A stretch of DNA of 64,000 nt from a bacterium (GTDB lineage Bacteria > Electryoneota > Electryoneia > Electryoneales > Electryoneaceae): positions 1,088,001-1,152,000 of the forward strand of contig OY769902.1 in NCBI GenBank assembly GCA_963669175.1, written 5' to 3'. Below the pieces are notes generated by a model. That model worked only from the letters and a program-made list of their open reading frames with translations, did not search any database and was not told where the DNA came from. The position numbers and the translations under genes are program-made. Below are positions 49,707 to 59,216 of this stretch, one piece after another; the stretch's first letter is position 1; each line of letters starts with the position of its first letter.

Positions 49707-50184
49707 TCAAATTTCCTGTATTGTTGCAAAGGATAAGATACAGCCGTTTCTTTATCTTCCGGAATCGGCTGTCCTTTTATTGGACAAGGGGAGAGTTGGG
49801 CAGTTTAATGGAATACCGGTTCTTCCTCCGGTAAGCATCATTGGGATGAACAATTAGGGTTCTGCCATGCTGATTTGTGGTCGTTTCACCTGCAACGGGC
49901 GCATCGTAATGGAGAACTGCGGAATGGGGCGAAAATTCTCCTGCCATCAGCATGGATTTTGATTTATTACCTGTTGTTATCTACAGTGATGGAGCTTCGG
50001 CCATTTACCTTGCAAGAGAGCGTCTCTCCTCTGTTTTACCCTCTCATTCTGAGGTCGTATCTTCTCTTTCTGTAGTTCAGGATGGAGATGAAGCGGCAAG
50101 CTGAACGTGTTTCAGTGACCCCTACCTTTGTTTATTGACTTTGTTACGAAGTTTAGAGCCGGAAAACCTTGGAAGGATGAGTGG

Positions 50185-52125
50185 ATGATGCAGAAGTTGA
50201 CATGTCTCGCCGTACTAGCTCTGTTCCTGGTCGCGATCCCTGCCCTGGCGATCGACCGGAGTGAGATCCCTGATGACTATAAGTGGAATCCGGAGCACAT
50301 TTATGCCAGCATGGATGAATGGGAGCAGGATTTCGCCGCAGTCCAGGCAGGTCTCGAACAGGCAGTAGCGTTCAAAGGCCAGTTTGCTGGTCCGGATGCT
50401 GAAAATGTCCCGGAAAAGCTGATCGAGTTCAACAAGATCGGTGAAGAGATCGAGATTAAATTCTCGCACCTGTATTCCTACGTGATGTACAATTTTCACG
50501 TTGACATGGCCAATCCCGAATGGATGGGTAAACTGCAGCAATTACAATACCTCGGTCTTCAGTATGGTCAACAGCTTGCTTGGGTCGAACCGGAAATGAT
50601 TGAGATCCCTGAAGCGGATCTTCTCGCCTGGTGCGACCAGTACGAAGAGCTGAAATCTCACAAGAAGAGCTATGAAGACATGTACGCGCTTCAGGAACAT
50701 GTTCTTTCTGAAGAAGAAGAAGGCCTCATGGCGCTCGTGGGCAATATTTCCGGCACCGCCGGGGACGTCTTCAGCAAGCTGAGTGACGTGGATATGCCTT
50801 GGGAAACCATCACCTTGGATGGCAAAGAGGTTGAGGCGAATGAATCCGCCTGGGGTTCCTGGCGCTATGATCAGAATCGTGAAAACCGGGAAGCCATTTT
50901 CAATGCCGTCTGGAATCAGTATCGTCAGTTCGGCACGACCTTCGCGGCCACGATGACGGGCAATATCAAGGAAGACATTTTCTTTGCCAAGGCACGCAAG
51001 TACGAAAACACACTGCACGCCGCTTTGGATCCCTCGTTTATCTCAGTCGATGTGTACACCAACCTGGTGAACACAACCCGTGCCAATACAGCCCCGTTGC
51101 ATAAGTACAACGAGATCCGTAAACGCATGTTGGGTCTTGACCATTACAAGCACTGGGATTACTACGTTTCCCTGATTCCGGCTGAAGAAAATCGCTACAC
51201 CTGGGACCAGGGCGTGGAAATCGTCCTTGACGCCGTGAAGCCGCTGGGCAAAGAATACGGCGAAATGGTGAAACAGGGTCTTGCCGCAGAAAGTGGCTGG
51301 GTGGATGTGTTTGCCAACGACAACAAGCGCGGCGGCGCGTACAGCAGCTCCTGCTATGGTATTCACCCTTATATGCTGTTCAACTTCAACTATGAAGAAG
51401 GTCTGACCCTGGAAGATGTCAGCACCATGGCCCATGAAATGGGTCACAGCATGCACACCTACCTGAGCGAACAGAACCAGCCCTTTAATACTCGCGATTA
51501 TGCGATTTTCAACGCTGAAGTTGCCAGTACAGTCAATGAAGTGCTGTTGAGCCAGAAGATGCTTCGGGAAGCGCGTAAGGCCTATAAAAAGGCCAAGGGC
51601 GACAAGAAAGAAGAAGCACGCCTGCACCTGATTTCGCTGTTGGAACAGAATATCAATGCCTGCCGTGGCACCTTCTTCCGCCAGACCATGTTTGCGACCT
51701 GGGAATGGGAAGCGCACAAGATGGCATGGGAAGGCCAGCCCCTGACCATGGAAAGCTTTGACGCCCTGTATGCGGGTCTGTTGGCAGAGTTCCACGGTCC
51801 GGCTGTCGAGTACGATGAACTTTCCGGCATTACCTGGGCGCGTATCCCGCACTTCTATCGTGGCTACTACGTCTACACCTATGCCACCAGCTACGCGGCT
51901 GCGGTCGCCCTGGCGCAGGATATTATGGCCGAGGATGGCGGCGACAAGTCCAAGAAGGGCGCCACTGCACGCTACCTGAATTACCTGGCCAGTGGTTCCA
52001 GCAAGCACCCGGTCGAGTTGCTGCAGGATGCCGGCGTGGATATGACCACACCGGAACCGATCGAAAAATTCATCGAGTACTTCACTGCACTGGTGGATGA
52101 ACTGGATGCACTGACACAGGAATAA
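50185..52125 (+). CDS. pepF: Oligoendopeptidase F (M3B) with signal peptide
   Basis: YKWN...IY; KRGGAYS; HEMGHSMH; AEVAST.NE; WARIPHFY..YYVYTYA. Confidence 0.93.
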   Translation: MMQKLTCLAVLALFLVAIPALAIDRSEIPDDYKWNPEHIYASMDEWEQDFAAVQAGLEQAVAFKGQFAGPDAENVPEKLIEFNKIGEEIEIKFSHLYSYVMYNFHVDMANPEWMGKLQQLQYLGLQYGQQLAWVEPEMIEIPEADLLAWCDQYEELKSHKKSYEDMYALQEHVLSEEEEGLMALVGNISGTAGDVFSKLSDVDMPWETITLDGKEVEANESAWGSWRYDQNRENREAIFNAVWNQYRQFGTTFAATMTGNIKEDIFFAKARKYENTLHAALDPSFISVDVYTNLVNTTRANTAPLHKYNEIRKRMLGLDHYKHWDYYVSLIPAEENRYTWDQGVEIVLDAVKPLGKEYGEMVKQGLAAESGWVDVFANDNKRGGAYSSSCYGIHPYMLFNFNYEEGLTLEDVSTMAHEMGHSMHTYLSEQNQPFNTRDYAIFNAEVASTVNEVLLSQKMLREARKAYKKAKGDKKEEARLHLISLLEQNINACRGTFFRQTMFATWEWEAHKMAWEGQPLTMESFDALYAGLLAEFHGPAVEYDELSGITWARIPHFYRGYYVYTYATSYAAAVALAQDIMAEDGGDKSKKGATARYLNYLASGSSKHPVELLQDAGVDMTTPEPIEKFIEYFTALVDELDALTQE

Positions 52126-52151
52126 GCTTCTGCGTCACATAGAGTTTGTAC

Positions 52152-52176
52152 AAAAGCCGCCTTCGGGCGGCTTTCT
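52152..52176 (+). terminator. Intrinsic terminator
   Basis: AAAGCCGCC-TTCG-GGCGGCTTT. Confidence 0.85.
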
Positions 52177-52346
52177 CATAATTAGCCCGAATATTTCATG
52201 AACGGAACATGGATATTCATCTTAACACAGTTCATATCAACACAATACAACTGATTCATACAGCATTTTTCAGGGGACAGTTTGCTCCGGTATCCCTTTG
52301 CGTGTCTATTCCCTGTTTCGCTGGCAAAATAGGCTGAGAATCGGCA

Positions 52347-52597
52347 ACCGCCCCGGCAGGGGCAACCTGTATTAGCCCCGGGCAGCCGCCGTCAGTTTGG
52401 CGACTACCCGGGGAGATAATGCGCACCATATATTTACTCCGAAAGGAGTAACCTAATAATTATCAAAAGTATACAGCGATAATTATAGGCAACCCGCTGC
52501 CGGGGTTGGCAAGTAGCGTACATCCTATTCCCACCGTGAGCGCCAAACAGACGGCGCTGGACGGTGGACTAATACAGAGAACCACTGCCGTGGTTCT
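52347..52597. repeat. REP-like inverted doublet
   Basis: CCCCGGCAGGGG..CTGTATTAG..CGCCGTCAGTTTGGCG paired with CGCCAAACAGACGGCG..CTAATACAG..CCACTGCCGTGG. Confidence 0.75.
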
Positions 52598-52702
52598 TGT
52601 ACTGGCCATTCCATCAAATACAAAATTTGAAATTGCATTGGTGAAATATTCGGGTTAGGAATTAGGAATTAAGAATTTAAAATGGCAGGCCTGTGTGTCG
52701 CT

Positions 52703-52774
52703 CTATTCTACTATACCCAGCGCATCCTGGATTTCCTGCCAGGACGTGACCACCAGGTCTGCTTTGCTTTTGGT
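52703..52774 (-). pseudogene. Diverged duplicate of the last 23 codons and stop of the neighbouring HAD gene
   Basis: Encodes TKSKADLVVTSWQEIQDALGIVE* versus AKSKADLVVTSWQEILDALGIEE*; offset 422 bp. Confidence 0.88.
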
Positions 52775-52777
52775 GTT

Positions 52778-53087
52778 GCATGCAATGTTGTGGTAGGTCT
52801 TGACGCGACATTCCGTCTTCGTTTCACGTTATGTTTTCCTGAATGCAGGATGATCCAGAAACCACCTCTCGCCATGTCATTGTTGCGTTGTGACCTGCCA
52901 CCAGTATCAGCATCCTTGCCGTCGTCAGGTCACAATGTGATGCTTGTTGTCGATCTATCATGCGAGATATCAGGCGTGAAAATCGGACAGATGTCTGAAA
53001 GTATGGAGAAAAACAGGAAAAAGGCATCACGTCAAGACCTGACGAAACATGCGCGTCGATAATAAACACAGATTCTTGTGAGTAGCC
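52778..53087 (-). mobile_element. MITE copy (reverse orientation, one TIR missing)
   Basis: Homologous to 46848-47180; ends ATTCTTGTGAGTAGCC at 53087; other TIR absent. Confidence 0.85.
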
Positions 53088-53124
53088 GGAAGTAGGAATT
53101 AGGAATGCAGGCCCTGGAGTCGTT

Positions 53125-53886
53125 CTATTCTTCTATACCCAACGCATCCAGGATTTCCTGCCAGGAAGTGACAACCAGGTCGGCTTTGCTTTTGGCGCTG
53201 CGTTTATCAGGTGCTTTCACCCCATCAAAACGGATGGCACGCATGCCAAGACGTTTTGCGCCAAGGACATCCGTATGCTCAAGGTCGCCAATATGGAGGG
53301 TCTTTTCCGGGGGGATGCCCAGACGATCCAGCGCTCGCTGGAAAATAGCGGGTTTTGGCTTGGATACGCCGACTTCAAGAGAATATGCCTTCGCTTCGAA
53401 CAGGTAGTTAATGCCCCAGGTATGCAGGAGCTGATTCAACATCTTGGGGCCGGAAACACCCGTATCACAGACGATTCCCAACGGCACATAACGGTGAATG
53501 GCCGTTAATGCTTCAACAGCGCCCTCGACCAATACGGGCGGGCGGTTCAGAATGACACGTTCAATCGCATCGGCGAGGCCATCGACCAGACGCGGGCTCA
53601 GGCGAAGGTTCAATTCGGACAGGATAAAGGCCACACAATCCAACGGGCCTGGTGTCAGGTTGTTGTCTTTCCACTGGGAACGCCAGAATTCGGAAAAGTG
53701 GTCAAATGCTGTGCGGATCGCATCACGATCAACAGAATACCTGCGAGTTTGCAACCAGGCAAACGCTGCATCAGCGCGCGCATGTTGGCGAGCTTCATAC
53801 CCCTGATCGTTAGCCAGCGAATCCCAGAAATCAACCGTGATCGCTTCAATCACATGTCCTTTTAACCGCAACACAGACGAAGTCAT
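53125..53886 (-). CDS. HAD-superfamily hydrolase
   Basis: DFWDSL motif I; SKPKPAIF; HIGD...DVLGA. Confidence 0.9.
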   Translation of the reverse strand: MTSSVLRLKGHVIEAITVDFWDSLANDQGYEARQHARADAAFAWLQTRRYSVDRDAIRTAFDHFSEFWRSQWKDNNLTPGPLDCVAFILSELNLRLSPRLVDGLADAIERVILNRPPVLVEGAVEALTAIHRYVPLGIVCDTGVSGPKMLNQLLHTWGINYLFEAKAYSLEVGVSKPKPAIFQRALDRLGIPPEKTLHIGDLEHTDVLGAKRLGMRAIRFDGVKAPDKRSAKSKADLVVTSWQEILDALGIEE

Positions 53887-54192
53887 CGCTATTTCCCGGT
53901 TTCCCCTATTGCAAATCTAAGAATGGAAGGTGACTTTCTACCGCAATTTCTATCTGCATAAAATGTTGCGATGCAATATACACTATTTACGTCTCATGGG
54001 CAGATTGTACGTACAAAACAGGCAGGAAAATGGAGCCAGAACTGGAAGTGATCCAACAGGCATACAGAGTTAAAGAGGGTGGATAGATTATTTGCAGATT
54101 TCAATAGATACGTGTTGTTCAAACGGGGCAAAGTTAAAGTTGTAGTGCAACACTCGCTTGACATGCCGCTATTTTATCGTGGATTTCTTTCA

Positions 54193-54379
54193 AAATTGCT
54201 CTCGCGGCACTCAAGGTTTTGGATCCTGGTCCGATGAGGGAAATGAAGACGCATGTCTTCCGGGCCCCCCGGAGTCCCGTAAAAGGCGCAGGAACCATCC
54301 GGATATATAGCGCTTTACCATTCCCCCGTAGCGCGGGGGTCCCCCACATGGCGGGGCGAGGGTAAAGCGCTATTTTTAT
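54193..54379 (+). ncRNA. Candidate structured small RNA (unassigned family)
   Basis: TTGACA at 54158-54163; nested stems at 54221-54300; 13-bp perfect stem 54307-54319/54361-54373 followed by T-tract; boundaries approximate. Confidence 0.4.
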
Positions 54380-54849
54380 GGCTGTTCACAAGAATTTATG
54401 CATATTATCCGGAAACCAGGGAAACTAGGGACAGACGGTAGTTTCTGTTGGCACTCATTTAATCCCAACCGCAGCTCTGTAGCAAAAACTACCGTCTGTC
54501 CCTAGTTTCGGTCCGTCCCTAGTTTCGTGTCCTAGTTTCGTCCACCGTCTGTCCCTAGTTTCGTCCCTAGTTTCGTCCCTAGTTTCCTCTAGTTTCCTAG
54601 TTTCCGCAGACATCTGTCCGACTTCACACCTGCTATTTCGCATGATAGATCGTCATCAGGTATCACGTTGTGACCTGACGACAGCGAGAGTGCTGATACC
54701 GGTGGCAGGTCACAACGCGATAATAACAGGACGAGAGGTGGTTTCAGTATCATCGTGCATTCAGGAAAAAATAGCGAAAGCCGAAAACGGAAAGTCGCGT
54801 CAAGACCTGCCACAACACTACCTCAGTACACCAATTCTTGTGAAGAACC
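54380..54849 (+). mobile_element. MITE copy with 8-bp TSD and internal insertion
   Basis: TIRs GGCTGTTCACAAGAATT / AATTCTTGTGAAGAACC; ATTTTTAT at 54372-54379 and 54850-54857. Confidence 0.9.
54410..54606. repeat. 24-bp inverted repeat with a staggered CTAGTTTC tandem tail, nested in the MITE
   Basis: GAAACTAGGGACAGACGGTAGTTT (54421-54444) / AAACTACCGTCTGTCCCTAGTTTC (54486-54509); 8 CTAGTTTC copies in 54502-54604. Confidence 0.9.
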
Positions 54850-54952
54850 ATTTTTATATTCAGTTTATTACAGAGTGTATTGCCAAGAGGGTATAATTTT
54901 ACGAGATTTCTGCTACTGATTTCTTTCAAACACAAGGCGAAAAGGTTAATCG

Positions 54953-55750
54953 ATGTCCCCTTCAGCACATATCGTATCCTATACGGATGTCGCGATATCG
55001 CTCGGATTTGTTGTGATTGCGGTTGTGCTATCCCTTGTTTTGAAACTGGGGTTGGCGAAAAACCTGATCATCGCGACACTTCGCACCGCGCTGCAACTCG
55101 GTCTGGCCGGGTTGGCGCTGGGGGCGGTGTTTCAGTGGCGCAGCCTGCCCATGCTGTTGTTGTTGCTGGGTGTGATGATTCTCCTGGCAGGACGTGAAGC
55201 GGTATCACGGCAAAAAATCAAGTTGAAGGGAATCTGGAAAGATGCTTTTGCGGCGCTGTTGGCCTGTACGGTTACCGTAGGGTTTACCGTGACCGCTGTG
55301 GTCGTGCGTGCCGATCCCTGGTATACACCATCCGTGTTCATCCCGCTCGTTGGTATGGTCATCGGGAATACACTCAACGGCATCACGCTGACGCTGGATC
55401 GTTTTCTGTCCGGTTGCGCGACACAACGAAACGTGATCGAAGCGCGGCTGGTCCTGGGTGCGAATGCTTCCGAAGCAACACGTCCGCTGTTACGTGATGC
55501 CCTGCGTGCCGGGATGACCCCCATAATCAACGCCATGATGATTGTCGGTGTGATCAGCCTTCCGGGCGTATTGACCGGGCAGTTGCTGGGTGGCGCCGAT
55601 CCGAAAAATGCGGTGCTGTACCAGATGATCGTGATGTACATGCTGGCTGCATCGTATGCCATCGGTAGTATGACAGTGGCCTTCCTTGCGCGACGCAGGA
55701 TATTTACCGCAGACCTGGCAATCCGGCCGGATTTGGTGGTAACTGAGTGA
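54953..55750 (+). CDS. FetB/YbbM (UPF0014) ABC-type permease
   Basis: RTALQL; IPLVGMVIGN; EARLVLGA; PIINAMMIVGVISLPGVLTGQLLGG.DP..AV.YQ. Confidence 0.9.
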   Translation: MSPSAHIVSYTDVAISLGFVVIAVVLSLVLKLGLAKNLIIATLRTALQLGLAGLALGAVFQWRSLPMLLLLLGVMILLAGREAVSRQKIKLKGIWKDAFAALLACTVTVGFTVTAVVVRADPWYTPSVFIPLVGMVIGNTLNGITLTLDRFLSGCATQRNVIEARLVLGANASEATRPLLRDALRAGMTPIINAMMIVGVISLPGVLTGQLLGGADPKNAVLYQMIVMYMLAASYAIGSMTVAFLARRRIFTADLAIRPDLVVTE

Positions 55751-55813
55751 AAAAAGTGGGAAGTGAAAAAGGTGAAAAAAGGTAGCCCGGCCATGCCTGG
55801 CCGGGAATGCACG

Positions 55814-56608
55814 CTAATTCCTACTTGATTTCTTCCCTCCTCCGTGGATCAGTTTCCGGTTGTTGTCCTGCCATTCCTGCACCCATTCGTAGTCGGGGTG
55901 AGTCCTTTCCTTCTCACGGAACGCCTTATCGTGGACGCGTTTTTTCCCTTTCGGTTGAAGAGCGTGCAGCATTTCATGGAAGATGATAAAACGCACCACT
56001 CGTTCGGGTACATCAGGTTGGTCCATAACCGGGTGTATGGTGATCAGGTTCAGGTCATGACGATAGGAGCCCAATCGTCGTGTTCGGGCGCGTTGACGGG
56101 TATTATCCCGTCCCCAGGTGATAGACGCGGTTATCCTGTTATTGAAGTATTCCTGATTAACACTTCTCGCTAATGGGGCCAGGTCGTGAACGAAGCCTTG
56201 TGTGATAAGGTACTTTTTATGTTGAACAGTTACAGTATCGGGTGGAGCGAGTGGGAGCGGCAGGGTTCCATCTTTTGCTTCGGTCAGTGGCGGAAAATTG
56301 GGGTCGGGCTGTGAGCTTTGCGATCCCGTAGATACTTCAATCCCACGGACGAAGTTGCGGATCTGTTCCGGAACTCCACGTTTTGGGCTGTCCATCCAGC
56401 CGGCCAGCGCGTTGATCACTTCGGGCGGCGCGAAAAGGAATTTCTCGTGGATACGCAACCGTATGATTGTGCCATCACTTTTAAACGACACCATGCGAAC
56501 CCGGTTTCGTGTTACAGTGACATGCACAATTTTCCCCACTCGCGCGGACAGGCGGGTTTCCAGTTGTGAAATAGCGGCAATTTCTTGACGTGAAGGCGGG
56601 GTTGGCAT
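55814..56608 (-). CDS. SprT-like/YgjP-like zinc metalloprotease domain protein
   Basis: RLGSY; IHPVMD; HEMLH; H...F...E. Confidence 0.82.
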   Translation of the reverse strand: MPTPPSRQEIAAISQLETRLSARVGKIVHVTVTRNRVRMVSFKSDGTIIRLRIHEKFLFAPPEVINALAGWMDSPKRGVPEQIRNFVRGIEVSTGSQSSQPDPNFPPLTEAKDGTLPLPLAPPDTVTVQHKKYLITQGFVHDLAPLARSVNQEYFNNRITASITWGRDNTRQRARTRRLGSYRHDLNLITIHPVMDQPDVPERVVRFIIFHEMLHALQPKGKKRVHDKAFREKERTHPDYEWVQEWQDNNRKLIHGGGKKSSRN

Positions 56609-56620
56609 GGAACCTCAATC

Positions 56621-58021
56621 TCAGGGTAAATAGACCGCACGATAGCTTTCGGAACGTCCTGTCCCGGTTTCCGTTACCCGGACAATATACAAACCGGAAG
56701 GTAGCCCGGAAAAATCCAGATCGTGCCGCACTGAACCAGTGAAGACAGAACGGCCATCCTTCACTACGATACGTTGACCAAGGAGGTTGTACACGCTGAT
56801 CGAGTATGCTGTCGAAGGGATAGCCTGAAAATTCAGTCGCAGAACAGAATTGAATGGATTGGGTGAAAGTGTTGCCAGGATAGGTGTATAGGGCTGAGGT
56901 GAAATGGCGTCGGCTTCAGGATAGACGCTTGAATACCAACTAAGTGCCGGAAGTGCATTGTTCTCGAAATCAAACACGGCCAGGTTTTCCCAGGGGCATC
57001 CTAAATCGTCCGACACCACCCAGGCCGGTTCCCACAGGCAGATCCCACCACCACGACCATCGGGTATAGAGGCTACCAACTCCTCTAATTCATCGAAAAA
57101 GCGTTTCTGATCACCGGGGGTGGCAGAATATCCGGCAGGCAATTGGCCTTGATTATACACGAAATTGTTTGTGTCGTCGTTATAATCGAAGGTCCAGGGA
57201 AACGCTGTTTCCACAATCCAGACCGGTTTGTTGTAGCGCGTGGCAAGGTCATCCAGATTGGTTTCCAGCGCCGACAACTCCCCATGCCACCAGGGATAAT
57301 AGGAAAGTCCGATCAGGTCGTAGGGGACGCTATACTCCTCGATGTGATCGAAGAACCAGCGCGATCCGGTATTGTCGCCTCCGTCATGGACGTGAAGCAT
57401 TATGTCGGGTTGAAGGTGATCAGGCAGTGAATCGGTTACGGCGTTGGAAGCAGCGGTTAGAAGAGTTGTGAATTGTGTCCATTGATCCGGTGTATCCCAT
57501 TCGCTTCCGTCCCATCCAACCCGCCCCTCGTTCCATAAAAATCCGGGACGTATTTCATTGCCGATCTGGACGATGGAAGGCAGGGCATCAGCCTGCTGAA
57601 AGCGACGAATCACACTGTTGGTATACTGGTAGACCGAATCAGTCAGGAGACCCAACTCAAGGTCTTGCCATGCTGACGGTTTAGCCTGGTGTTCCGGATC
57701 GGCCCAGGTGTCGGAAAAGTGAATGTCCAGCATGATCTCGAAGCCGGCGTTTGTGACACGCCGGGCAAAGGCAATCGTTGAATCGATGCCATGCCAGGGG
57801 TCATTCGGTGTATGCCAGAGACGGAGCCGTATGATACTGTATCCGGCATCGTGGAACAGGGGCAGGATGTCTGCGTGGGATCCATCAATCGTATACTCGA
57901 CACCGGAATACTCAAGGCGTGGCACATAGGACAGGTCGGCCCCTGCCAGCATGCCTTGTGAGTGGCAGACGGCGGCCCACAGCAGCAGAAAAGACAATAT
58001 CAGGTGATGTTTTCTGACCAT
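56621..58021 (-). CDS. GH53 arabinogalactan endo-beta-1,4-galactanase with C-terminal sorting domain
   Basis: GADLS; IRLRLW; DIHFSDTWADP..Q.KP.AW; VQIGNE; GLSYYPWWHG; VETAFP; WEPAW; C-terminal PNPFN...LPSGLY. Confidence 0.92.
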   Translation of the reverse strand: MVRKHHLILSFLLLWAAVCHSQGMLAGADLSYVPRLEYSGVEYTIDGSHADILPLFHDAGYSIIRLRLWHTPNDPWHGIDSTIAFARRVTNAGFEIMLDIHFSDTWADPEHQAKPSAWQDLELGLLTDSVYQYTNSVIRRFQQADALPSIVQIGNEIRPGFLWNEGRVGWDGSEWDTPDQWTQFTTLLTAASNAVTDSLPDHLQPDIMLHVHDGGDNTGSRWFFDHIEEYSVPYDLIGLSYYPWWHGELSALETNLDDLATRYNKPVWIVETAFPWTFDYNDDTNNFVYNQGQLPAGYSATPGDQKRFFDELEELVASIPDGRGGGICLWEPAWVVSDDLGCPWENLAVFDFENNALPALSWYSSVYPEADAISPQPYTPILATLSPNPFNSVLRLNFQAIPSTAYSISVYNLLGQRIVVKDGRSVFTGSVRHDLDFSGLPSGLYIVRVTETGTGRSESYRAVYLP

Positions 58022-58035
58022 CAGATCAAGCCTAA

Positions 58036-58072
58036 AAAGAAAACCGGCGAGAGTAAAGTATACCCTCGCCGG
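58036..58072 (-). terminator. Probable intrinsic terminator
   Basis: ACCGGCGAG/CTCGCCGGT stem with T-tract on the minus strand. Confidence 0.65.
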
Positions 58073-58102
58073 TGAACAAGCAACTTGAATTTGAATGCCG
58101 AC

Positions 58103-58903
58103 TTAGTGGATCAGCTTGATCTCAAAGTCGGAAATTGTAGCGCTATCGAAGATACCGTCGCTCGGCTGAGAGTAGCCGTGTGAAGTGTTATCGATTACGC
58201 AGATCCAGGTTTGACCTTCAACGTATGTGCCGGTATCGAATTCTTCGTATTCACCCGCTTCGTTCACTAATACGTGGAAAGGAGAATCAAAGGACTCACC
58301 GCTGGCATAATTCTGGAACTGAGTTTCGCTCAGCACGATGAACTCGAGGCTGTAATCGCCAACCCACGAAGCCAGATTCCAGGAGAAACCAAGAAGACCG
58401 GTTGCAGGAAGTTCGATCGGATCAGTGTACATATACTGGTTACCCGGCAGGGTAAAGGTGTTGTATGTTGCCAGGACTTCTTCTTCCGGTTCCGGGACGT
58501 TCATGGTCACGCGGCAGGTTTTGGTCTCATCTACATTGTAGGTGAAGGTGATGGTGGCGGAGTAGTCACCATAGTCAAGACCGCTACGGGAACCGTAAAC
58601 GGTGAGTTCAAAGGGATCTTCGCCTTCGATCAGGGTACCTTCCTCGAAAGAAAGAGAAACCCAGTCTTCATCGACTGCAGCAGTCCATACGAGAGTGTCA
58701 ACACCGCTGTTTTCCATGGTCAGGGTCTTGAATGTAAGTTCAGAACCCAAGCTCAGCGATGAAACAGACAGGGACAGCACGGGCTCGGTCGTGCTCGGGC
58801 CTGTGGTGTCATCATCATCGTCATCATCGTCGCCAGAATCACAACCAATGGCGAAAACCAGCAATGCCGCCATCAACAACCAACTCAACTTACGCAACTT
58901 CAT
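58103..58903 (-). CDS. BACON-domain lipoprotein
   Basis: Lipobox AIGC; Asp-rich linker; N.G..TL.W....DWVSL...G Ig-like BACON pattern. Confidence 0.75.
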   Translation of the reverse strand: MKLRKLSWLLMAALLVFAIGCDSGDDDDDDDDTTGPSTTEPVLSLSVSSLSLGSELTFKTLTMENSGVDTLVWTAAVDEDWVSLSFEEGTLIEGEDPFELTVYGSRSGLDYGDYSATITFTYNVDETKTCRVTMNVPEPEEEVLATYNTFTLPGNQYMYTDPIELPATGLLGFSWNLASWVGDYSLEFIVLSETQFQNYASGESFDSPFHVLVNEAGEYEEFDTGTYVEGQTWICVIDNTSHGYSQPSDGIFDSATISDFEIKLIH

Positions 58904-59216
58904 CTACTTAACCTCCTTTTAGGATTAAACAAAGAACTCCACCTATCGTACTCGCCCAAATATCGCGAAGTAACATGGATCTTCGTCACGGTGGGTTTTG
59001 GCTCCTCTTGTGCAGTATTTCACAAAAAGGACACTGCGGCGAAGATAAGAATACAGGCGGGGCAGCGCAAACCGTAACTAGTCGTAATACTTTCCACTTA
59101 CGTACTAAACCACGCTTCTACTCCCGGTTAGCTGAATTAGCGGGGAGAGACGGCGAGCTAAATTGCGTAATATTAGATTATTGTTAGAAATAGTCGCAAT
59201 TACACCTCACGTTCAT

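Noticed and set aside
51043-52008. 321-aa minus-strand ORF
   Set aside because: Antisense shadow of pepF.
52682-53062. 126-aa ORF and similar ORFs at 46893-47162 and 54589-54813
   Set aside because: Their mutual similarity comes from the MITE DNA; starts and stops are not conserved and there are no transposase motifs.
52703-53195. Duplicated HAD 3' end as a DGR TR/VR pair
   Set aside because: The seven mismatches are not confined to adenines of one copy on either strand, and no RT is present.
54221-54300. SAM-I riboswitch or hammerhead ribozyme
   Set aside because: CTGGTCCGATGA resembles part of each, but the SAM-I GCAACC and GGTGC..ATTCC segments and the hammerhead CTGATGA core are missing.
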